The position numbers and the translations under genes are program-made. From Gemmatimonadales bacterium (GTDB taxonomy: Bacteria; Gemmatimonadota; Gemmatimonadetes; Gemmatimonadales; GWC2-71-9): a stretch of DNA of 64,000 nucleotides. Positions 29,387-36,967 of this stretch are shown here, piece by piece. Under the pieces are notes generated by a model. That model made no database searches. It was not told the DNA's origin and saw only the letters and a program-made list of their open reading frames with translations. Within the stretch, counting starts at the first letter, position 1, and each line of letters starts with the position of its first letter. The stretch is taken from positions 6,837-70,836 of the forward strand of contig JBJXGT010000038.1 of assembly GCA_046160105.1 (NCBI GenBank), given 5' to 3'.

Positions 29387-30130
29387 TTACGGGTCGGAGT
29401 TTTCCGACTCCGGCGGGGGCGATGTTGGCGACCCGGCGGTCTTGGCTTCCTGGCTGGCCAGCCGGCTGAGGCGGCGCTGGCGACCCTCCTCGTACCAACG
29501 GCGGGTGATCTCGCCGGCCAAGTCACGATTGCCGAGACCGAACGCCAGACCGGCCGCCAGCGCGATGGCGCCGACGGTGGCGGTGAACGCCGCGGTGATG
29601 ATCTCGGCGGCGACCCCCATCTGCTGCATCGCCATGAAGACCGCGATCAGCACCACCGCCACCTTGGCCACCTTGGCCAGGGTGGGAACGCCTTCGACGC
29701 CGCCCGCCGAGGCCAGCACGATGGCCCGGACGAACTCGCCGACGATCATCCCGAGGATCACGATGATGACGGCCGCGAACAGGGTGGGGATGTAGGACAG
29801 CATCGTCCCGAACATCACGTTGATGCTGTTCAATCCGAGCGCGGCGCTCGCCAGCAGGATCACCACCAGCATCACCAGCCAGAAGAGCAGCTTGCCGATC
29901 ACGTGAATCGGATCGAGCCGGGTCCCGGTTCGCCCGACGGCTTCGGAGATCCCGCCCGCTTCGGCCATCTTGTTGAAGTTGAGCCGGGACAGCACCGCGT
30001 CGGTCCACCGTTCGATCAGGCGGGCCACCAGGTAGCCGACCAGGAGGATGCCAGCGGCGAACAGGAACGACGGCAGGATGTTGATCAGCTGATCGAACCC
30101 CACCTTCAACCGTTCCCAGATGGCGTTCAT
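29387..30130 (-). CDS. polytopic membrane protein with conserved-TM-helix repeats (mechanosensitive-channel-associated type)
   Basis: Trimmed to ATG 30130. Several hydrophobic helices and a charged Ser/Pro/Glu C-tail. ATGA overlap with the upstream dehydrogenase gene. Confidence 0.5.
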   Translation of the reverse strand: MNAIWERLKVGFDQLINILPSFLFAAGILLVGYLVARLIERWTDAVLSRLNFNKMAEAGGISEAVGRTGTRLDPIHVIGKLLFWLVMLVVILLASAALGLNSINVMFGTMLSYIPTLFAAVIIVILGMIVGEFVRAIVLASAGGVEGVPTLAKVAKVAVVLIAVFMAMQQMGVAAEIITAAFTATVGAIALAAGLAFGLGNRDLAGEITRRWYEEGRQRRLSRLASQEAKTAGSPTSPPPESENSDP

Positions 30131-31161
30131 GTACTCACCTCGATCACCAGCTTGCCCATTTGGTCGCCCCGGGCGAGCCGTTGGTAGGCGGCGACGCCGT
30201 CCTCCATCGGGAAGACCGTGTCGACGATCGGAGTCAACTTGCCCTGATTGGCGACCGCCATCATCGCGGCGAACTCGCCCATCGAGCCCATCGTCGATCC
30301 GAGCAGCGACCACTGGAACCAGAATAAGCGGCGGATGTCGAGCTGGACGATCGGACCGGTGGTGGCGCCACAGGTGACCAATCGCCCGCCGGGACGGAGC
30401 GCGCGGAGCGACTTCTCCCAGGTCTTCTCGCCGACCGAGTCGACCACCACGTCGGCCCCGACCTTGGTGAGGGCCCGGGTTTCCTTGGCGATGTCCTGAG
30501 TCCCGTGGTTGAGGGTGACGTCGGCGCCTAACGATTTCGCGACCGCGAGCTTGGCGTCGGAGGAGCTGGTGGCGATGACCCGAGCGCCGAGATGCTTGGC
30601 GATCTGGAGCGCGGCCAAGGAGACCCCGCCGCCAATGCCCCAGATCAGCACCGTCTCGCCGGCCGTGACCTTGGCGCGGGTGGTGAGCATTCGCCACGCC
30701 GTCAGCGTCGCCAACGGGAGCGCCGCGGCTTCGGCCCAACTCAAGTGGCTGGCGACCCGGGTCACGTTGCGGGCGGGCACCACGATATACTCGGCGGAGG
30801 TGCCCGGAAGGTGCTCCCCGACGATCCCGAACGATCGACAGAAGGGGTCCTGGTCGGCCAGACAGGCCGGGCACTGGCCGCACGAGATCCCGGGATTGAT
30901 GACCACCCGGTCGCCCGGGGCGAGCGCGGTGACCCCCGCGCCGACCGAGTCGACCAGGCCGGCGGCGTCGGTCCCGACCACATGGGGGAAGCCGAGCTTG
31001 ATCCCTGGCATGCCCTCTAAGACGAATAGATCCAAGTGGTTAAGGGCCGAAGTCCGGACCGCGATCCGGACCTGGTCGTCCCGCTCGATAGCAGGTTTGG
31101 CCAGGTCCTGGACTAGAACCCGGTCGAGCCCGCCGTGGCCGCTCAATGTCAGTGCGCGCAT
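30127..31161 (-). CDS. zinc-binding alcohol dehydrogenase family (MDR) protein
   Basis: Trimmed to ATG 31161. Structural-zinc Cys cluster CGQCPACLADQDPFC and Rossmann GIGGGVSLAALQIA. Confidence 0.82.
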   Translation of the reverse strand: MRALTLSGHGGLDRVLVQDLAKPAIERDDQVRIAVRTSALNHLDLFVLEGMPGIKLGFPHVVGTDAAGLVDSVGAGVTALAPGDRVVINPGISCGQCPACLADQDPFCRSFGIVGEHLPGTSAEYIVVPARNVTRVASHLSWAEAAALPLATLTAWRMLTTRAKVTAGETVLIWGIGGGVSLAALQIAKHLGARVIATSSSDAKLAVAKSLGADVTLNHGTQDIAKETRALTKVGADVVVDSVGEKTWEKSLRALRPGGRLVTCGATTGPIVQLDIRRLFWFQWSLLGSTMGSMGEFAAMMAVANQGKLTPIVDTVFPMEDGVAAYQRLARGDQMGKLVIEVST

Positions 31162-31262
31162 AGCTTGCAGAAGTTCGAAAGTTGTGCAAGATATATGGCG
31201 CTTGTTCGGTTGTCGCCCCGAAACTCGGAACTTGGTACCACTTGTCGCTGGGAGGAGTGAGC

Positions 31263-31706
31263 ATGGCCGCGTTTGACGATACGGAAATGGGCTGGTCGGG
31301 GTCGGGTTGGATGGAACCGGTGGCGTCTTCGCCCCCGCCGGCGGCACCCGCGCCGCCCGCCGTACCCGCGGCTCCCGCACCGGTGATCGCCCCGGCACCG
31401 ACGCCCAAGGCGGCTGCTCCGGCGACCACGGCCATGCCGGCCTCTCCCAAGAAGGCGACCGCCCCCAAGAAAGCGGCCGCGGCAAAGAAGAAGAAGAAGG
31501 CTCCGAAGAAGGCCGCCAAGAAGGCCGCCAAGAAACCGGCCAAGAAGGCCAAGAAGGCCAAGAAGGTCGCCAAGAAGTCGGTCAAGAAGTCGGCGAAAAA
31601 GGCGGCCAAGAAAGGAAAAAAGGCGGCCAAGAAAGTGAAGAAGGCCGTCAAGAAGGGCGGCAAGAAGAAGGGTGGGAAGAAAAAGAAGGGTGGGAAGAGG
31701 AAGTAG
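31263..31706 (+). CDS. histone-H1-like Lys/Ala-rich protein
   Basis: ATG 31263 is preceded by GGAGG. Pro/Ala-rich middle region, then a KKAAKK-type tail (46 Lys in the last 86 residues by my count), almost entirely AAG codons. Confidence 0.75.
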   Translation: MAAFDDTEMGWSGSGWMEPVASSPPPAAPAPPAVPAAPAPVIAPAPTPKAAAPATTAMPASPKKATAPKKAAAAKKKKKAPKKAAKKAAKKPAKKAKKAKKVAKKSVKKSAKKAAKKGKKAAKKVKKAVKKGGKKKGGKKKKGGKRK

Positions 31707-32561
31707 TTGGAGGTAGCGTCATACTTCGCTCGTAGGTCCACCCGGCAGGGATGGATCGCTCGGCGACTCCTCGGCCGAGCCGAGCCGACCGATCCCACCC
31801 TCCGGGATCACCTCATCGCCGCGATCAGCGGCACGATTCGCCCCGATGGCAGCGTAGGCGGCAACGCCCTCGCCACCATCGGGGCGATTCACGAGATGCT
31901 GGAGCTCGAGGCGGCCCCGGCGGCCTACGCCGCTCCCCTCGATTGGGTGCTGGCGCTCGAGGGACGGCCCGGCACCTTCGCCGAGGGATGCAGCGCGGCC
32001 CGTCACGCCCACCGCGTCTGCGAGCACTTTCTCGGGGGCTTCTTCTCTCCCGCACCTTCGACCACCCGAGTCGCTCCCGTCACCTTCCCGAACGGGAAGA
32101 GCTACCGGGTGGAGTCGCAGGCGCGCTTCGCCGTGAGCTGCTACGCCCTCCAGGTCGTCCTGATGACCGGCGCGGCCCCAGGTCCCGGGGTGGCTCGGCA
32201 CCTCGACAGCTTCGCCCATCTGTTCGAGGAGTGGGCGGCCCCCGGCGACCATCTCGCGCTCGACCTGGCGTTCGCCGCCTTGGGCGCAACGGCAGCGGCC
32301 CCCGATCGTTGGGCGGGGGTAGCCGACGGGCTCCTCGGGGTGATTGCTCGGCAGCAACTCCCCGATGGCACCTGGCAACGGGCCGACTTCTTCAACGCGC
32401 TCGACGCCGTGTCCCGCTGCGGGCGACCGGGTGCCGCGCCGGTGCTCCGCCGGGCCCTGCCGGCCCTGCTCCAGCGGCAGCGGGACGACGGTTCGTTCGG
32501 GTCGGTTGCCCAGGACGAGCGGGCGCTCATTGGGGTCAGGGTTCTACAGGCCGTCGGGTAG
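31707..32561 (+). CDS. hypothetical protein with prenyltransferase/squalene-oxidase-like repeats
   Basis: TTG start immediately follows the TAG of the H1-like gene. QxxDG(S/T)(W/F)-type repeats: RPDGSVGG, QQLPDGTWQ, RQRDDGSFG. Start is uncertain. Confidence 0.5.
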   Translation: MEVASYFARRSTRQGWIARRLLGRAEPTDPTLRDHLIAAISGTIRPDGSVGGNALATIGAIHEMLELEAAPAAYAAPLDWVLALEGRPGTFAEGCSAARHAHRVCEHFLGGFFSPAPSTTRVAPVTFPNGKSYRVESQARFAVSCYALQVVLMTGAAPGPGVARHLDSFAHLFEEWAAPGDHLALDLAFAALGATAAAPDRWAGVADGLLGVIARQQLPDGTWQRADFFNALDAVSRCGRPGAAPVLRRALPALLQRQRDDGSFGSVAQDERALIGVRVLQAVG

Positions 32562-32597
32562 GGCGCAAGGCGCAAGCCGCAGGCCTGCGACCGTCGG

Positions 32598-33311
32598 TCA
32601 GCCGCCGAGGCCGAGGCTGGATCCGATCCAGTAGGTGCCGGTGACGATGCTGACCAGTGCGATCAACTCCCCGATCCGACGTCCCCACGACAACGACCGC
32701 GCCGAGGTCCGCCGGAGAGCCTCGGCCAGACCCAGCGCGAACAAGACCATCCCGGTGGTGACCCCGACGCAGAAGGCCACCAGGTAGGCCAAGCCCGCTT
32801 GCCAGTTCGACAGCAGGGTTACCGGGACGATGGCGAGCGCGCCGCTGGTGCCGGCCAGGCCGTGGAGCAGGCCGACCAGCATGGGCCGTCGGGGATGGTG
32901 ATGAGCTTCGCGGGGGCTGGGGTGGCCATGCTCATGCTTGGGGGGCGCCTGGCCGTGGACGTGGAGGTGCGCGTGATCGCCGTGGGCGGGGGGGCCATGA
33001 AGGTGTAAGTTGCGGAGCGACCGGAGCGCCATGAGCCCGAGGGCGATCAGCATCACGCCGACGGCGCCCTCGGCCCACTGGTCGAACCGCGGATCGATCC
33101 GGAGGCCAAGCGCGAGCACCAGCGAACCCGCCACTAAGACGGTCACCGAGTGTCCGGCGCCCCAGCGGACCCCGTAGCCGATGGCGGTGCGGAGGGCGGG
33201 GCGACCCGCGACGAAGGTCGAGACGGCCACCGCGTGATCGACGTCGATCGCGTGGATCAGGCCGAGCACCAAGGCGGTACCCAGGGGAAGGAGAACGGAC
33301 GTGAGTGACAT
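32598..33311 (-). CDS. NiCoT-type nickel/cobalt transporter family protein
   Basis: Trimmed to ATG 33311. Signature HAIDVDH in an early TM helix. His-rich loop HGPPAHGDHAHLHVHGQAPPKHEHGHPSPREAHHH. Confidence 0.72.
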   Translation of the reverse strand: MSLTSVLLPLGTALVLGLIHAIDVDHAVAVSTFVAGRPALRTAIGYGVRWGAGHSVTVLVAGSLVLALGLRIDPRFDQWAEGAVGVMLIALGLMALRSLRNLHLHGPPAHGDHAHLHVHGQAPPKHEHGHPSPREAHHHPRRPMLVGLLHGLAGTSGALAIVPVTLLSNWQAGLAYLVAFCVGVTTGMVLFALGLAEALRRTSARSLSWGRRIGELIALVSIVTGTYWIGSSLGLGG

Positions 33312-34368
33312 CGAACGGGACGAGCGGCCTCGAATTCGGTTGTCGACGCTATCCCACGGCGCCGGTTGAGCCTGCAAACTCGGCCAGGCCGAGCTGGCGC
33401 AGGTTCTGCGTCACGTTCCAGGGAATCAGGACCCCAATGTGCTGGTGGACGCCACGACGCGGGATGACGCGGCGGTCTATCGTATTGCCCCGGACCGTGC
33501 CCTCGTCGTCACCGTCGATTTCTTCACCCCGATCGTGGACGAGCCCCGGGATTGGGGGGCGATCGCCGCGGCCAACGCGTTGAGCGACATCTACGCGATG
33601 GGGGCCAGGCCCCTCTTGGCGTTGAATCTAGTGGGGTGGCCGCGTGAGAAGCTGCCGCTGGAAATGCTCGGGGAAGTGCTCGCCGGCGCCCAGGAAGTCG
33701 CCGCGCGGGCGGGCTGCCTGATCCTGGGCGGCCATTCGATCGACGATCCCGAGCCCAAGTTCGGGATGTGCGTGGTTGGCGAAGGACACCCCGATCATCT
33801 GTTGACCAACACCGGTGCTCGTCCCGGGGATCTGATCGTCCTCACCAAGCCGCTGGGTACCGGAATCCTGGCGACCGCGCTGAAACGCGGCCTGATCACC
33901 AGTGACGAGATGACCGGCGCGGTCACCGTGATGACCACTCTCAACGACCTGGCGTCGCAGGCGGCCCTCGCCCACGGTGCCACCGCGGCCACCGACGTCA
34001 CCGGATTCGGGTTGATCGGACATCTCCGCAACATCCTCCTCGGCAGCAAAGTGGGGGCTCGACTCGACATTACCCGGATTCCGTTCCTGCCCGGGGCCGT
34101 GGAGTTGGCCGCGCAGCACGCGATCCCCGGCGGTTCTCAGCGCAATCTCGACTCGACCCCCGTGGAGTGGGACGACGTTTCCGAGACCGAGGCGATCCTC
34201 TGCGCCGATGCCCAAACGTCGGGCGGGCTGCTGATCATCGTCCCCGAAGATCGGGTCCGCGGCCTGATGGAGGCCCTCCGCGTCGCCAAGACGCCGGCCC
34301 ATCGGGTGATCGGCGAGATCACCGATGAGTACGGGGTGCTTCGGGTCAGTCGAGGGTCGTTGATCTAG
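33301..34368 (+). CDS. selD: selenide, water dikinase (selenophosphate synthetase), selenocysteine-containing
   Basis: ORF track starts at GTG 33439. Reading through the in-frame TGA 33367-33369 gives IRLSTLSHGAG-U-ACKLG, which matches the SelD motif IRLTQYSHGAGCGCKI. Downstream TRDDAAVY, DFFTPIVD and GGHSIDD are also present. GTG 33301 is the likely start. Confidence 0.88.
33370..33404 (+). promoter_or_regulatory. candidate bacterial SECIS stem-loop directly 3' of the selD UGA
   Basis: GCCUGC (33370-75) pairs with GCAGGU (33399-404). Upper stem is CUCGGC (33379-84) / GCCGAG (33388-93). The apical loop lies about 16-18 nt from the UGA. Confidence 0.5.
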
Positions 34369-34380
34369 CTAGATTAGGGC

Positions 34381-34599
34381 GTGCCATTTCATTGGACTCC
34401 CGCCCGGATGGATCAGCTCGAGCGCGCCGCCCGCGATGGGCGGAAAGTGTCGATCACCCGGCGTGGCACCGAGTTCGTGGTGTTCGCCCGGCGGCTCGAC
34501 ACCTTCGGCAAGACCGAGCGATTCGTCGGCATCCTCCCGATGACCGGTGACGAGATCGCCTTCGAGCTTGGCCACGTCGAAGATTTCCGCGTCATCTGA
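34381..34599 (+). CDS. small hypothetical protein (72 aa)
   Basis: GTG 34381. GC3-rich codons. Ends 8 nt before the RNase H start. No family recognised. Confidence 0.45.
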   Translation: MPFHWTPARMDQLERAARDGRKVSITRRGTEFVVFARRLDTFGKTERFVGILPMTGDEIAFELGHVEDFRVI

Positions 34600-34606
34600 T
34601 GCTCTC

Positions 34607-35245
34607 GTGAGCAAGCCGCTGCCGATCGCGATCGCCCACCTCGACGAGAGTTGCCTGGGCAACGGCCGGGAGGGCGACAATCCCGGCGGCGCCGCCGGGA
34701 TCATCGAGATCCGGCTGGCCACGGGCATCGAGCGCCGTGAGTTCGCGATCCACTCCCCCAAGACGACCAACAACCAGATGGCGCTCGCCGGCGCGATCGC
34801 CCTCCTTCAGCTGTTGGCCGGCAAGGGCCGCCGGCTCCGGGTCCTGATCATCTCCGACTCCGAATATCTGGTCCGCGGGGTGCGAGAATGGCTCCCCGGT
34901 TGGGTGAGCCGGGGCTGGAAGCGCAAGAGCGGTCCGATCGAGAACCTCGACCTGTGGCGCGCGCTGCATGCCTCCCTGACGGTGCACGAGACCACCTTCT
35001 GCTGGGTCCGAGGCCACGCCGGCCATCTCAAGAACGAATTCGCCAACGATCTCGCGGTCCGCGCCGCGAAGGAGCAGCGGACCACGGCCGGGATCGTGGC
35101 GTCGACCTTCGACGAGTGGCTCGCCGCTCAACGGGCCAAGGGGAAGTACTCGTCGGACGATCCGGACGCGGCTTTCGCCAAGTTGGAGCGCCGAGTCGCG
35201 GCAGGCGAACGACTGCCGCTGGCGCTCGAGGAGGGAGGAGCATGA
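34607..35245 (+). CDS. rnhA: ribonuclease HI homolog with C-terminal extension
   Basis: GTG 34607. LDESCLGNG, TTNNQMALAGAI, ISDSEYL, GHAGHLKNEFANDLA align to E. coli RNase HI. Ala sits at the position of catalytic Glu48. About 60 extra C-terminal residues. Confidence 0.75.
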   Translation: MSKPLPIAIAHLDESCLGNGREGDNPGGAAGIIEIRLATGIERREFAIHSPKTTNNQMALAGAIALLQLLAGKGRRLRVLIISDSEYLVRGVREWLPGWVSRGWKRKSGPIENLDLWRALHASLTVHETTFCWVRGHAGHLKNEFANDLAVRAAKEQRTTAGIVASTFDEWLAAQRAKGKYSSDDPDAAFAKLERRVAAGERLPLALEEGGA

Positions 35246-36021
35246 CCGATCTGGAGCGTTTGGTGGCCCGGCTGATCGAGGTGTTGCGGAACCGCGACGC
35301 CTCCAGTCTCCATCGTCCGCTGACGGTTGCCGACCTGCGCGCCACGGTGTTGCCCTATCGACTCCACCGCTCGGCGATCGGCCTGTCGAGCGCGGAAGAC
35401 TATGACTTGCTGGTGCTCCGGCTCATGGCTGAAGAAGACGGTTGGGTTCGGACCTTCCCGCCCGAGGCCGCCGCCAAGGCGCGGACCGAGGTCGCGTCGT
35501 CCAACCCCGATCTCGAGCTGGTCGAAGCGCTGGGCGACGCCACCGTCCAGATCGGGGCCGCGACCGTGGCTCGGTTCGACGAAGCCCCGGCCGAATCGCC
35601 GCGGGCCAGCAGCTGGGCGCCGCCGCCGCCGATCGCCGCAGCCGAGGCTGCCCTAGTTCCCGAGGTGCCGGCGGTGCCGGACGTGGCCGCCCCCCCGGCC
35701 ACCGCCGCGTTCCCGGTTGTCGCGCCGTCCCCGGTTGACGCCCCGCCGCCGCCTCCGCCGCCACCCGCGGTCGAGATCCCGATGTTCGAGTCGGTGGTCG
35801 TCGAATCGGCGGCCCCGTCCTCCGAGCCCGAGACCCCGACCTGCAAGGCCTGCCACCAGGCCCTGCCTACCCATCGACCGGTGGGGTTCTGTCCCTTCTG
35901 CGGCCGGCAGGTCGGGGTGCTGCGCTGCGCCCGCTGCTCGGAGGAGATCGAGCCGGGCTGGCGCCACTGTATCAATTGCGGTCTGGCGGCCGGTTCCGGC
36001 CCGGGGCCAGCCGTTCCTTGA
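35242..36021 (+). CDS. double zinc-ribbon protein with Pro/Ala-rich linker
   Basis: ATGA overlap with rnhA. C-terminal CKAC...CPFC...CARC...CINC. Contains a run of 8 consecutive Pro. Confidence 0.65.
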   Translation: MTDLERLVARLIEVLRNRDASSLHRPLTVADLRATVLPYRLHRSAIGLSSAEDYDLLVLRLMAEEDGWVRTFPPEAAAKARTEVASSNPDLELVEALGDATVQIGAATVARFDEAPAESPRASSWAPPPPIAAAEAALVPEVPAVPDVAAPPATAAFPVVAPSPVDAPPPPPPPPAVEIPMFESVVVESAAPSSEPETPTCKACHQALPTHRPVGFCPFCGRQVGVLRCARCSEEIEPGWRHCINCGLAAGSGPGPAVP

Positions 36022-36076
36022 AGCGCGTCCCTCGGGACGCGATATTCCAGCCCCTCGTAGATCGAAGGTTCAGGCA

Positions 36077-36967
36077 GTGACTGCGCCCTCCGGCGGCAAT
36101 TCTCCGATCGACCGCGCGGCCCTCGACCGGATCATCCAACGGGCCGCGGAGCTCCAGACGGGCGCTCGCGACATCGGCGATCAGCTGACGCCGGATGAAG
36201 TGCTGGCCCTCGGTAAGGAAGTCGGGATCCCGCAGCAGTACCTCCAGCAGGCGATGCTCGAGCACCAGACCGCGGTCCAGGCGCCGACGGACGGCAGTCT
36301 CCTGGCACGGGTCGTTGGTCCTCGCGACGTTCGGGCCCAGCGGGTGGTGCAGGGAAGCCCGGACGACGCGATCCGATCTCTGTTGGGCTGGATGGAGCGG
36401 AACGAATTGCTGGTGGTGCAGCGCCATCAGGCGGGTTGGGCCAGCTGGGAGCCGCTCAAGGGCATGCAGGCCGCGATTCGGCGGGGCACCGCGGCGCTCG
36501 ACACCAGCAAGCCCAAGTTCATGCTGTCCCGCGCCGACGTGGTGACCGCCACCGCGACCCCGCTCGAAAGCGGCTACACGCACGTCGCGATGACCGCGAC
36601 CGTGGGGAGCGCGCGTCGGGACCACCTCATCGGCGCCAGTGTGTCGGGCTTGGTCGGCGTGGGCGCGGCCGCGACGATCGTCGCCGTGGGGTTGCTCCCC
36701 CTCCTGGCGGTGGTGCCGATCGTGGGGGCCGGACTGATCAGCGCCACCGCCCTTCGGAGCTACCGGCCGATCAGCGATCGGGTCCAGCTCGGTCTCGAGC
36801 GTTCGCTCGATTTCCTCGAGCGGGGCGGCGTCAAGCCGGGCCACGAGTCACTGGGCCGCGGGCCTGGATTGCTCGAGGTGCTGGCCACTGAAGTCCGCCG
36901 AGCCATCTCTTCCAGCTCCGAGGCGAAGACCGAAGGCCAGCGGCGGTTGCCGGACCGCACCAAATGA
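36077..36967 (+). CDS. membrane protein, unknown function
   Basis: GTG 36077 (start uncertain). Soluble N-domain followed by a hydrophobic pair GLVGVGAAATIVAVGLLPLLAVVPIVGAGLI. Confidence 0.5.
   Translation: MTAPSGGNSPIDRAALDRIIQRAAELQTGARDIGDQLTPDEVLALGKEVGIPQQYLQQAMLEHQTAVQAPTDGSLLARVVGPRDVRAQRVVQGSPDDAIRSLLGWMERNELLVVQRHQAGWASWEPLKGMQAAIRRGTAALDTSKPKFMLSRADVVTATATPLESGYTHVAMTATVGSARRDHLIGASVSGLVGVGAAATIVAVGLLPLLAVVPIVGAGLISATALRSYRPISDRVQLGLERSLDFLERGGVKPGHESLGRGPGLLEVLATEVRRAISSSSEAKTEGQRRLPDRTK

Noticed and set aside
31040-31798. 252-aa minus-strand ORF with Phe/Leu/Ala-rich repeats (FFFFPPFFLPPFL...)
   Set aside because: It is the antisense reading of the AAG-rich Lys repeat. The plus-strand frame has a GGAGG ribosome-binding site and an H1-like composition known from other bacteria. 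The minus frame also overlaps the real dehydrogenase gene start region.
33305-33583. 92-aa plus-strand ORF overlapping the selD 5' region
   Set aside because: It is in a different frame from the SelD motif. The selD frame, read through the TGA, reproduces the conserved SHGAG(U/C)xCK loop.
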